In this document: in pieces, positions 35,485 through 44,359 of the stretch
Layout of the letters: every line of letters begins with the position of its first letter
How positions within the stretch are numbered: position 1 is the first letter of the stretch
Origin: Acidobacteriota bacterium
Lineage (GTDB): Bacteria > Acidobacteriota > Vicinamibacteria > Vicinamibacterales > UBA2999
NCBI GenBank assembly: GCA_030650395.1
Contig: JAUSDY010000030.1
Coordinates: 5,108-69,107 of the forward strand
Direction: 5' to 3'
Length of the DNA: 64,000 bases
Notes under the pieces: model-generated
Told to the model about the DNA's origin: nothing
Database searches by the model: none
The model's input: only the letters and a program-made list of their open reading frames with translations
Made by a program: the position numbers and the translations under genes

Positions 35485-36562
35485 GCGGTTTCTTAACGGC
35501 GAAGGGTCCGACTTCCGGTTGCCCTTGAGTGTTGGCCAGGTTGCCGAGCTCGGCGGCGACACCTCGCGCGATGGCCGCGGTTTCACTGCCGGCCTGGAAG
35601 CAGGTGAAGTCGGGGCGATCGCGCCACGCGAACGGGCCGCAGAGCCGCACGCCCGCCTTGACCGCGGCGTCGTGCACGATGTTGATGGCGCGTTCGTAGT
35701 CGGGCGTCCCCTGCCGGTATCCCGAGAAGTTGCCGAGGTCGCCGCTGGCGGCGAAGATCGCGCTCACGCCGGGGACTCTTGCGATCTCATCGGCGTTCTT
35801 CAAGCCCTCGAGCGTTTCGATCATCAGGACCAGCACGATGTTGTCGTTGATGGTGTTGCGGTAGCCACCGGGCACGCCGCCGTACATGGCGGCGTCGAAC
35901 GCCGGGCCGCCGCCGCTGCTACGGCGCCCGAGCGGAGGGAAGTAGACCCAGTCGCGGGCCTGGATCGCCTCCGCCACGGTGTCGACGGTCGGCACGACGA
36001 TCACGAGCGCGCCGGCGTCGAGCGCGTGTTGAATCTCCCGCTCATCGGTGGCGGCGATGCGCGCGCCGGGCACCGCCTTGGCATGCGGACAGGTGCGCCA
36101 CATCCGCGCCACCGCCTGCCAGTCCGTCTGACCGTGCTGCATCTCGGTCCAGATGAAGTCGTAGCCGGCACCGGCCATCGCGCAATACGTCGAGGGATCG
36201 GTCGCCCCGAACAACGTCCCTCCAGTGACCTTGCCACCTTGCGTCAGCTTGAGCTTGGCCGGGTTCCAGACCTTCGAGCCGGCAGGGGCGTTGAAGGCCG
36301 GGCCGTACTTCCACGTGGCCGGATCGAACGCGCCCTGGTTGATCGCGCCTGGGGGGGGCATCTGCTTGGCGCCGCTGTCTTTGCCCGCCGGCGCGGCCAG
36401 CGGGAATTGCGTGGCGCCGGGGTTCGGGTTGGTGGCGTAGGGATCGGCCGTTGGCGCCGGCGTCGGCGCGGGGCGCTGCGGTTGCGGCGCTTGGGCGCGC
36501 ACACCGAGCGCGCTCAGTCCAATCGCCGTACAAAAAACTGCCGGACGAAGCATGCGTTTCAT
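35480..36562 (-). CDS. HpcH/HpaI aldolase-family protein with a signal peptide
   Basis: GYDFIWTEMQH, ALDAGA...VP.V, FPPLG.RS, MIET.EG..NA.EIA.VPG. Confidence 0.85.
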   Translation of the reverse strand: MKRMLRPAVFCTAIGLSALGVRAQAPQPQRPAPTPAPTADPYATNPNPGATQFPLAAPAGKDSGAKQMPPPGAINQGAFDPATWKYGPAFNAPAGSKVWNPAKLKLTQGGKVTGGTLFGATDPSTYCAMAGAGYDFIWTEMQHGQTDWQAVARMWRTCPHAKAVPGARIAATDEREIQHALDAGALVIVVPTVDTVAEAIQARDWVYFPPLGRRSSGGGPAFDAAMYGGVPGGYRNTINDNIVLVLMIETLEGLKNADEIARVPGVSAIFAASGDLGNFSGYRQGTPDYERAINIVHDAAVKAGVRLCGPFAWRDRPDFTCFQAGSETAAIARGVAAELGNLANTQGQPEVGPFAVKKPQ

Positions 36563-36587
36563 GCGCGCCACTGTAACATTGAAGCCC

Positions 36588-37937
36588 GTGCAGAAGGTCG
36601 CACACCTCACTGCGCATTTCGAAGGCCTGGGCATGACGCCGGCCGACGCCGATTCGCGGGCCGCGCTGGTCCATGAAGCCGAAGAACAGGGCCGTTCGTT
36701 CATTGGCGGGCCACCTCAATGGCGCTGGTTCGTGCCGGGGCGGGTCGAGATCCTCGGCAAGCACACCGGTTATGCCGGCGGACGCTCGCTGCTCGCGGCC
36801 GTGCCGCGCGGCATCGCCGTGATCGCGCGGGCGCGGACCGACGGCGTCGTGCGCCTGCACGATGTGCGTGACGGCCAGAAGATCGAGATCGATCCCGCTC
36901 ATCCGACGCCGCCCGGTTTTCATGGAGTCCGCCGCTACGTCCAGGTGGTCGCCCGCCGCTTGTTCCTGAATTTCCCAGGCTGCAACCTCGGCGCCGACAT
37001 CGCCATCGCCAGCGATCTGCCGCGCGCCTCCGGCTTGAGCAGCTCGAGCGCGCTGGTGTGCGGCGTGGCGTCGGCGCTGGCGCGGCGGGCCGCGCTTGGC
37101 GATCGCGAGGAATGGCAGGCCCACATCCCGTCGGTGACCGCGCTGGCGTGGTATCTGGGCTGCGTCGAAAACGGCCTCGACTACCAGGGCCTGCCCGGTT
37201 CGTCTGGTGTCGGCACCCACGGGGGCAGCGAGGATCACACCGCGATCATGGCCGGCCGGCTGCATCACGTGAGCCAGTGTCAATTCGTGCCGGTGACGCC
37301 GCTGGGCGACGTGCCGATGCCGAGCGATTGGTCGTTCGTGATTGCGTCGAGCGGCGTGCAGGCCGACAAGGCCGATTCGGTGCGCGAGCGCTACAACCGC
37401 GCCGCGAATGGCGTGCGCGCGCTGCACGCGGCGTGGAACGCGCGCGCCGAACACCCCGCCCGATCGCTTGGGGCGGCCCTGCGCAGCGCGCCCGGCGCCG
37501 CCGCGCGGCTGCGTAACTGGATCGCGGATTCAGCCGACGATCGGTTCACCAATCAGGATCTCAGCACGCGACTCCAACATTTCGTGAACGAGGACGGCCG
37601 CGTGCCCTCCGCCGCTGAGGCCTTCGCCAACGGCGACACCGCGGCGATCGGCCAACTGTCGCGCGACTCGCAACAGGACGCACACGAGCTCCTGGGCAAC
37701 CAGATTCCGGAGACGATGGCACTGGCCGCGGCGGCGTGTGAGACCGGCGCGTTCGCCGCGAGCAGTTTCGGTGCCGGCTTTGGCGGGAGCGTGTGGGCGC
37801 TCATCACGGCCGCAGACGCCGAGCGCTTCGCCCGCGAATGGATCCAGCGGTATGCCGCCGCGATGCCGTCCGTTGGCGCCGTGCCGTGGTTCACGGCGCG
37901 GCCCGGACCACCGCTCACCGAGCTGCCGACCGAATAA
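36588..37937 (+). CDS. galactokinase-like GHMP kinase
   Basis: PGRVEILGKHT.Y, P.ASGLSSSSA, GAGFGGSV. Confidence 0.82.
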   Translation: MQKVAHLTAHFEGLGMTPADADSRAALVHEAEEQGRSFIGGPPQWRWFVPGRVEILGKHTGYAGGRSLLAAVPRGIAVIARARTDGVVRLHDVRDGQKIEIDPAHPTPPGFHGVRRYVQVVARRLFLNFPGCNLGADIAIASDLPRASGLSSSSALVCGVASALARRAALGDREEWQAHIPSVTALAWYLGCVENGLDYQGLPGSSGVGTHGGSEDHTAIMAGRLHHVSQCQFVPVTPLGDVPMPSDWSFVIASSGVQADKADSVRERYNRAANGVRALHAAWNARAEHPARSLGAALRSAPGAAARLRNWIADSADDRFTNQDLSTRLQHFVNEDGRVPSAAEAFANGDTAAIGQLSRDSQQDAHELLGNQIPETMALAAAACETGAFAASSFGAGFGGSVWALITAADAERFAREWIQRYAAAMPSVGAVPWFTARPGPPLTELPTE

Positions 37938-37957
37938 TACGGCGCACACCGTTTTTC

Positions 37958-38016
37958 GTAGGGCACCCCTTTATGGGGTGCCTCAGTTTCGTAGGGCACC
38001 CCTTTTATGGGGTGCC
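37958..38016 (+). repeat. two tandem GTAG REPs
   Basis: GTAG-GGCACCCC-TTTAT-GGGGTGCC at 37958 and a TTTTAT-loop copy at 37991. Confidence 0.85.
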
Positions 38017-38035
38017 TCAGGTAATATGTCGACCG

Positions 38036-38500
38036 ATGCGTACGCTGCTGTGGCTCGCGCCACTTGTCGTCCTGGGCGGTTCGTCGTGCTCGCGTCCGGC
38101 CCCGCCTCCTCCCTCGCCGCCATTTCAGACCGTGGCCACCGGCAAAGAGCTGATGAATGCCGTCCTCGATCCGGCGGTCGATGTGATCTGGGACGCCGTC
38201 GGTTGGATCGTGACGTCCGAGGGCACCTTTGCGAAAGCGCCCGCCACTGATGATGAGTGGGCCACCGTGCGCGCCAGCGCCATCCAGCTCGCCGAATCAG
38301 GCAACCTGCTGATGATCGGCAACCGCTCCGGCGGATCGCCGGAGTGGATCACGCAGTCGCAGGCGCTGATCGACACCAGCAGGCGCGCCATCCAGGCGAT
38401 CGACAAGAAAGACAAGGACGCGCTCTTCACCATTGGCGGCGATCTCTACGACGTCTGCACCAATTGCCACCGGCAATTCATGCCCGGCGCTCGTCAGTAA
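38036..38500 (+). CDS. monoheme cytochrome c'-like lipoprotein
   Basis: Lipoprotein-like signal (..GGSSC), helical body, C-terminal CTNCH. Confidence 0.78.
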   Translation: MRTLLWLAPLVVLGGSSCSRPAPPPPSPPFQTVATGKELMNAVLDPAVDVIWDAVGWIVTSEGTFAKAPATDDEWATVRASAIQLAESGNLLMIGNRSGGSPEWITQSQALIDTSRRAIQAIDKKDKDALFTIGGDLYDVCTNCHRQFMPGARQ

Positions 38501-38510
38501 GTAACAGCTG

Positions 38511-39077
38511 ATGTCGCTCCTGGCGTTTTGTGAATGGCTGGCCGCAACCCGCGGCAGCATCGCGCTGCACGAGTCGCTCGTGATGTACCCCCTCATCGAA
38601 TCAACCCACGTCCTGGCGTTGACGTTGTTCGTGGGCCTGGCGGTGATTCTCGACCTGCGCCTGCTCGGCCTCGCCCTGACCCGCGTGCCGGTGACCGACA
38701 TCGCCACGCGGCTTCTGCCGTGGACCAAGGTAGGGTTCACGGTGATGGTGATCACCGGCGTCCTGCTGTTCTACGCGATTCCGGTGCGGACCTATCAGAG
38801 CATTTTCTTCCGCGTCAAGGTGGTGATGCTGATTCTCGCCGGCCTCAACGTCTGGATCTTCAACAACCGCGTCTTCCTGCGCGTCGGCGAGTGGGACCGC
38901 GACGCGAGAACGCCGAAGGCCGCGCGGCGGGCCGCGCTGTTTTCGTTGATCTTGTGGGGCGGCATCATCGTGGCCGGGCGGATGATTGCGTATAACTGGT
39001 TCGACTGCGACATCCAGCCGCAGCCGGCCATCGTCAACTTCGTGGCGGGCTGCGTCGTGCCGCCGCCGGCACCCTGA
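38511..39077 (+). CDS. DUF6644-like 4-TM membrane protein
   Basis: YP.IES.HVL.L....G...DLRLLG, TG.LLF, F..K, SL..W......GR.IAY. Confidence 0.8.
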   Translation: MSLLAFCEWLAATRGSIALHESLVMYPLIESTHVLALTLFVGLAVILDLRLLGLALTRVPVTDIATRLLPWTKVGFTVMVITGVLLFYAIPVRTYQSIFFRVKVVMLILAGLNVWIFNNRVFLRVGEWDRDARTPKAARRAALFSLILWGGIIVAGRMIAYNWFDCDIQPQPAIVNFVAGCVVPPPAP

Positions 39078-39089
39078 GGAGCCGCGCAG

Positions 39090-39563
39090 ATGCTGCTGCC
39101 CTTCTTCGAGTGGTGCGAACAACTCTGGCTCGGCCAGTTCATCGTCGGCTCGAACTGGCTGTTCCCGGTGATCGAGTCGGTGCACCTGCTCGGGCTCTCG
39201 GTACTCGGCGGCGCGATTCTCGTCGTCGATATGCGGCTGCTGGGGCTGGGATTGAAGAACCATCCCGTGACGGAGCTGGCGCGCGACGCGCGGCCGTGGC
39301 TGATCGGCGCGCTGGTCGTGATGATCGCAACGGGTATCCCGCTGTTCCTGTCGGAGTCGGTCAAGTGCTATTACAGCCAGGCGTTCTGGAACAAGATGAC
39401 GGCGCTGGCAATCGGCCTGGTGTTCACGTTCACGATCCGCGCGCGCGTCACCGAAACCGAATCCGTAGGTAACACAGCGCGCCGCCAGGCTGTGGTCGGC
39501 GCGCTGTCGTTAGCGCTGTGGTTCACCGTTGCCGCAAGCGGCAGGTGGATTGGCTTTTCGTAG
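39090..39563 (+). CDS. DUF6644-like 4-TM membrane protein (paralog)
   Basis: FP.IESVHLLGL...G...DMRLLG, F..KM, SL.LW..V...GRWIGF. Confidence 0.8.
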   Translation: MLLPFFEWCEQLWLGQFIVGSNWLFPVIESVHLLGLSVLGGAILVVDMRLLGLGLKNHPVTELARDARPWLIGALVVMIATGIPLFLSESVKCYYSQAFWNKMTALAIGLVFTFTIRARVTETESVGNTARRQAVVGALSLALWFTVAASGRWIGFS

Positions 39564-39572
39564 GCGGGTCCA

Positions 39573-39604
39573 TCGCGGATCTAAAGATCCGCGCTACACC
39601 GTCG
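39573..39604 (-). repeat. GTAG REP
   Basis: 32 bp identical to 4074-4105. Confidence 0.88.
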
Positions 39605-39605
39605 A

Positions 39606-40058
39606 TTATCTGCCTGGCGGTTTCTTTGGTTTCTCGGTCGGGTCGCGGCCGTCCGTCGGGGCGCCGGTGCCGGACGAGCCCATGAACAGCTTGCGGCCGT
39701 CGGTGAACGTCACGTCGCGGCCATTGGCGCGCTTGAGCGAATGATCCTTCGTCTGGTAGCCGTCGACGATGATCTCGGTGCCGTTGATCAGCGAGTCCCT
39801 CGTCACGCCCCGGCGCAGCAGCGTATTCGGCGTACCGCCTTCGATCATCCAGACTTCGGGCTTGCCGTCCTTGATGACCTCGATGTGAATCCAGGTGTGC
39901 GGATTGACCCACTCGAGCCTGACGATCTTGCCCTGCAGGCGGATCGGCGCATTCGGATCGAACTCCGCGCCGAACGCGTGATGCGCCACCACCGGCCGGC
40001 CGGCGAGGATCAGCCCCGCGCCCACCACTATGGTCCCGATTGTCGTTCGCATGCTCAT
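39606..40058 (-). CDS. DUF6152-like secreted protein
   Basis: Signal then AHHAF.AEFD, WVNPH.WI, W..E.G.PN.L.R.G. Confidence 0.82.
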   Translation of the reverse strand: MSMRTTIGTIVVGAGLILAGRPVVAHHAFGAEFDPNAPIRLQGKIVRLEWVNPHTWIHIEVIKDGKPEVWMIEGGTPNTLLRRGVTRDSLINGTEIIVDGYQTKDHSLKRANGRDVTFTDGRKLFMGSSGTGAPTDGRDPTEKPKKPPGR

Positions 40059-41131
40059 TGTTGTTTCCCCGTCCGCTTCTCTTCGTTTCGCGCGCCGCTC
40101 AGCACGTTCGACAGGGCGTAGTTCCCTTCGTGGCACGCGTACTCATAGATTAACTCGTTGGTGGCCTGGAATGGAATCTCTCCGGTAAACGGGCTCACAA
40201 AGGTGGTCGGGTCCTGAACCGTAAACCGGTAGTTGATGGTCTTCGCATCGACGCGACGGAAGCGCTCGATCACGTGCAGATTCGCCGACGAACCCCGGAA
40301 ACTCTGCTGGGGCGGGAAATTCGTGGTGTCGACGACGAGCGTGTCGCCTTCCCAGTGTCCGATCGAGTCACCCATCCAGGGGCGAATATGCGACGGCACA
40401 TGCCTGCCGCCGATGCGCACCACGCGGGCGTCGTGAACCATTTCCATGAGAATCATCACGTGGTCGGGCGTCTGCACGATCTGCAGGTTGTTGTTGTAGA
40501 AGTAGTTCGGAACGAGCGGGGTCGTCGGCCCGAACGACAGCAGGCAGCGCTCGGCCAGCGGTCGATTTTCGGGGTGATCGTATTGGCCGCCGCGTGACGC
40601 ATTCGTCTTCATGCGCTCCTGCTGCCGCGCGCGGTAGTCGGCGGTAAAGGCGGGCAAGCGGCCGTTGGGCGGATCAATCAGCAACGAGCTTCGTTTCTGG
40701 CCGTCGACCACGGCGACGCGATCGCCGGGGTCAAGCCAGAAATTGTTGTAGCCGCCGACGTTGCCGGCAGCGCCGGTGGAGCCGTCGCCGCCCTTCGGAG
40801 GAGCGGCACGGTTGGGGTCGCTCGCTTCGCCGAGCCGCTCGACGCGATCGGCCGTAGCTTTCTCCATGCGCGCGGCCTCGGCATCGGTCAGCACCAGGTT
40901 GGCGACGGTGGCCGGCCGCTCGAGCGGCGTGATGGTCGCGTTGGTCCAGATGCCCTGCAGGTCCGGTTTTCCGTCACCCGTCCGCGGCATCGTCCATGGC
41001 TTGGCAATGCCCGACGGCGGCGCGATCGGGCGCTGGCCCGCGATCGCGGTCACGCCGAACGCGGCGATCGTCGCCGCGGCAATGGCTCCGGCCACCAAGT
41101 TTCGTTTCGCTTCCATGTGCTTTCCTTCCAT
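40055..41131 (-). CDS. secreted hypothetical protein (GKPDL.G.W / C-terminal EYAC.E family)
   Basis: GKPDLQGIW, ERC, G.SIGHWEGDTLVV.T, ERF.R, YEYACHEGN. Confidence 0.8.
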   Translation of the reverse strand: MEGKHMEAKRNLVAGAIAAATIAAFGVTAIAGQRPIAPPSGIAKPWTMPRTGDGKPDLQGIWTNATITPLERPATVANLVLTDAEAARMEKATADRVERLGEASDPNRAAPPKGGDGSTGAAGNVGGYNNFWLDPGDRVAVVDGQKRSSLLIDPPNGRLPAFTADYRARQQERMKTNASRGGQYDHPENRPLAERCLLSFGPTTPLVPNYFYNNNLQIVQTPDHVMILMEMVHDARVVRIGGRHVPSHIRPWMGDSIGHWEGDTLVVDTTNFPPQQSFRGSSANLHVIERFRRVDAKTINYRFTVQDPTTFVSPFTGEIPFQATNELIYEYACHEGNYALSNVLSGARNEEKRTGKQQ

Positions 41132-41181
41132 GGATAAACCTAAAGGTTTGTCCCCACCTGCCTAAGGTTTGTCCCCACCTG
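41132..41181. repeat. GTGG-variant REP with a partial duplication
   Basis: GGATAAAC-CTAAAG-GTTTGTCC-CCAC followed by CCTAAGGTTTGTCCCCACCTG. Confidence 0.75.
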
Positions 41182-41187
41182 CATTGT

Positions 41188-42060
41188 TCACGGGACCGGC
41201 GTCTTGCGGAACTTGCCGTACAACAACTCTTCGACGAACTCGACGCACTTGAACTGATTGAGCCGCGCGTCCGGGTTGATGTGCCGGTAGAGCGGCATGC
41301 GGATCTTCCACGGGCGGCTGAACGTCTGGGGATCTTCGATGGTGGCTTCGTACCAGATGTGATCGGGACCCTGCGGCGTATAGCGCTCGGTGACCTTCAT
41401 CTTTTCGCTGTGATGATTGCCGGCGCGATCGAACCACGTCTGATCGTTCAGGCCGGTTACGGTAATGACGAGCGTATCGCCTTCCCACTTGCCGACCGAC
41501 TGCCCCATCCACGAATCAACCGGCGCAGGACCAGGATCGGTCATGAAGATGTTGCGAACGGCGCCTGCATATTCGTAGGCGAAGAAGATCGCCTTCTCGC
41601 TCTGCAGGATCTGGAACGGGAACGGCAGGTAGTTCGCGCGCGGCACGCCGGGCAGGTAGCACTTGATCTCCGGATCGGAGTCGAGCCAGCTCTCCTGGTT
41701 CTTCTTTTGCTTCGCGGCGGCTTCGGGCAAGTACGGAATCTCGTCGCCTTCGACGACGCCGACGCCGCCGGGCACCGCGCCGACCGCGCCAAACGCCAGC
41801 ACCGGCGCCGCCGGCACGGGCACGATCGGCCCCGGGCGAAACGCCAGCGCGGCGCGCGCGTTGTGCGAGCGGAGTTCGTAGTTGGCGGTGTTGAGGGCCT
41901 GCCAGACGCCGTTGAAATTGGGTTTGCCGTCGGCGGTGCGCGCCGGACGTGCGGCCTGCCCGGTGGCAGGTTCGGCCGTCCAGAAGCCGGCGGCGACAAC
42001 GGCTGCCGTCGCAAGAGCGATCGTGATGTCTCTCAGTGCTCTGCGCTCGATCAACGGCAC
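41188..42060 (-). CDS. secreted hypothetical protein, paralog of 40055-41131
   Basis: GKPNFNGVW, DP..KC..PG.PR, G.SVGKWEGDTLV, ERY, FKCVE. Confidence 0.8.
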   Translation of the reverse strand: MPLIERRALRDITIALATAAVVAAGFWTAEPATGQAARPARTADGKPNFNGVWQALNTANYELRSHNARAALAFRPGPIVPVPAAPVLAFGAVGAVPGGVGVVEGDEIPYLPEAAAKQKKNQESWLDSDPEIKCYLPGVPRANYLPFPFQILQSEKAIFFAYEYAGAVRNIFMTDPGPAPVDSWMGQSVGKWEGDTLVITVTGLNDQTWFDRAGNHHSEKMKVTERYTPQGPDHIWYEATIEDPQTFSRPWKIRMPLYRHINPDARLNQFKCVEFVEELLYGKFRKTPVP

Positions 42061-42101
42061 CTCCGGGGTTGGTCAAGATCATGCCACAGTTTCCCCCTCT
42101 G

Positions 42102-42220
42102 GAGTTCAGAGTTAAGAGTTCAGAGTTAAGAGTTTCAAAGTCAGAAAACGTCGGCATTTTCCCCGCTCTGCACTCTTAACTCTGCATTCTGCACTCCTGT
42201 CTCTGCACTCGTAACTCTTC
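42102..42220. repeat. inverted arrays of 7-mer tandem repeats
   Basis: GAGTT(C/A)A x4 and degenerate copies facing CTCTGCA/CTCTTAA-type units x7. Confidence 0.8.
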
Positions 42221-42234
42221 GTTAGAATACGGGC

Positions 42235-44169
42235 ATGTTGACGCGACAATTCGTGATCGCTTTATCGTGCGCGATATGGCTCGCAGCTGTTGAGGTACCA
42301 CTCGAAGGCCAGGGCGGGCGCAAGCCGGTCGTGCGCCCGCAACCCGCGCCGGAGGTCGAGCTGTTCGAGGTGTTCGAGCAATCGATCCTGGATCTGCAGG
42401 CCGCGCAAACCAGCGGCCGGGTCACCTCCCGCGCGCTGGTCGACTCGTACCTGGCGCGCATCCAGGCCTACGACCAGGCCGGGCCGCGGCTGAACGCGAT
42501 CGTCGTGCTCAACCCGCGTGCGCGGGAAGATGCGGATGCCCTCGATCGCGAGCGCGCCGCGACGGGGCCGCGCGGTCCGCTGCACGGCGTCCCCGTACTG
42601 GTGAAAGACAACTACGACACCGCTGACATGCCGACCTCGGGCGGCGCGCTTGGCCTGGCGACGATGCAGCCGGCCGCCGATGCGTTCCAGGTGAGGAAGC
42701 TGCGCGACGCGGGCGCGGTGATTCTCGGCAAGACCACGATGCACGAGCTCGCCGCGGGCATCACGACGATCTCGTCGATGACGAGCCAGACGCGCAATCC
42801 GTACGACTTGTTGCGCGTGCCGGGCGGATCCAGCGGCGGCACCGGCGCGGCCGTCGGCGCCAGCTTCGCCACGGCGGGCATGGGCAGCGACACCTGCGGA
42901 TCGATCCGCATTCCGGCTGCGAATCAGAATCTGGTCGGCCTGCGCGGCACGCACGGCCTGTCGAGCCGCACCGGCGTGATCCCGCTCTCGTCCACGCAGG
43001 ACATCGCGGGACCGCTCGCGCGATCGGTGACGGACCTGGCGATCATGCTCGACGCGACGGTGGGCGCGGATCCCACCGATGCCATCACCGCCGAGAGCGC
43101 GGGACGCATTCCGAAGACGTATCGCGATTCGCTCAAAGCCGACGGGCTCAAGGGCGCGCGCATCGGCACGCTGCGCTCGCTGTTCGGCACGGCGCCCGAA
43201 GACGACGAAGTCGCGGGCATCGTCCGCAAGGCGCTCGACGGGTTGAAGGCGCAGGGCGCGGAAGTGGTGGAGATCACGGTGCCCGGGCTGGACGATCTCC
43301 TGCGCGACAGCAGCTTGATCAACGACGAGTTCAAGTTCGACCTGGCGGCGTACCTGGCGAAGCAGCCGAACGCGCCGGTCAAGACGCTGGGCGAGATCAT
43401 CGACCGCGGCCTGCATCATGCGCAGCTCGATCAGACGTTCAGGCTGAGGAACGCGCCGGAGAAGCGCGAGACCGAGCACTATCGGCAGGTGATGGTGAAG
43501 CGGCGCGCGCTGCGGGCGGCGGTGCTGGCCGCGATGGAAGAACAGCGCATCGACGCGCTTGCCTACCCCACGCTGCGGCGCAAACCCGCATTGATCGGCG
43601 AGGGCCAGGCGGGCAGCGCCTGTCAGCTCAGCGCGCACAGCGGCCTGCCCGCGATCTCGATGCCGGCCGGGTTCAGCCCCGACGGCTTGCCGATCGGCCT
43701 CGAGCTACTCGGTGCAGCGTTTTCCGAGGAGACGCTCTTGAAGTACGCGTTCGCGTGGGAGCAGGCAACGAAGCCTCGCCGCCCGCCGTTCAGCACGCCC
43801 GCGTTGATCAAGGGCGTCGCACCGGGTCCCGTGACGCTCGACATGACGATCGCGGGCGCCGCCACGGGCGCGTCGGCCCTCGTCAAGCTGACCTACGACC
43901 GCACGACGGGCACGCTTCGCTACGATGCCACGACGTCGGGGCTGGCGACGTCTGACCGCGTGCTCGCGCTGACGCTGCAACGGAGCATCGCCGACAAGCC
44001 GGGCCCGATCATCGCGCACATTCTCGCGCCGAATCAGATTTCAGGAAGCGGGACGCTGACCATGCGCGGCCGCGATCGCGACGACCTCGTCGCCGGCACG
44101 CTCTACCTGCACTTCTACACGCGCCAATCGCCGCTGGGTGTGGCTCGGGTAAAGCTGGTCCTGCCCTAG
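42235..44169 (+). CDS. secreted amidase (AS family) with a C-terminal CHRD-like domain
   Basis: GPLHG.P..VKDN, GGSSGG, GSDT.GSIR.PA. Confidence 0.92.
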   Translation: MLTRQFVIALSCAIWLAAVEVPLEGQGGRKPVVRPQPAPEVELFEVFEQSILDLQAAQTSGRVTSRALVDSYLARIQAYDQAGPRLNAIVVLNPRAREDADALDRERAATGPRGPLHGVPVLVKDNYDTADMPTSGGALGLATMQPAADAFQVRKLRDAGAVILGKTTMHELAAGITTISSMTSQTRNPYDLLRVPGGSSGGTGAAVGASFATAGMGSDTCGSIRIPAANQNLVGLRGTHGLSSRTGVIPLSSTQDIAGPLARSVTDLAIMLDATVGADPTDAITAESAGRIPKTYRDSLKADGLKGARIGTLRSLFGTAPEDDEVAGIVRKALDGLKAQGAEVVEITVPGLDDLLRDSSLINDEFKFDLAAYLAKQPNAPVKTLGEIIDRGLHHAQLDQTFRLRNAPEKRETEHYRQVMVKRRALRAAVLAAMEEQRIDALAYPTLRRKPALIGEGQAGSACQLSAHSGLPAISMPAGFSPDGLPIGLELLGAAFSEETLLKYAFAWEQATKPRRPPFSTPALIKGVAPGPVTLDMTIAGAATGASALVKLTYDRTTGTLRYDATTSGLATSDRVLALTLQRSIADKPGPIIAHILAPNQISGSGTLTMRGRDRDDLVAGTLYLHFYTRQSPLGVARVKLVLP

Positions 44170-44196
44170 TCCGGCGAGGCGGCAGCCGGCCCCGCT

Positions 44197-44294
44197 ACGC
44201 GACGAGAGGTTGCTTTGAGCAAAAAGCGTTGGGCCCAGCTCATGGAGCGCCACGTAAGCTCACCGCTTTTTCTCAAAGCAACCTCTCGTCGCGT
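44197..44294. repeat. 98-nt long hairpin between convergent genes
   Basis: 31-bp inverted arms ACGCGACGAGAGGTTGCTTTGAG(C)AAAAAGCG with a single bulge. Confidence 0.85.
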
Positions 44295-44359
44295 CTCCGC
44301 GCCCTCCGGCTGCGAGTGGTGCCGATGCGCCCGCTATCCTTCGATGACGGTTCCCGGCC

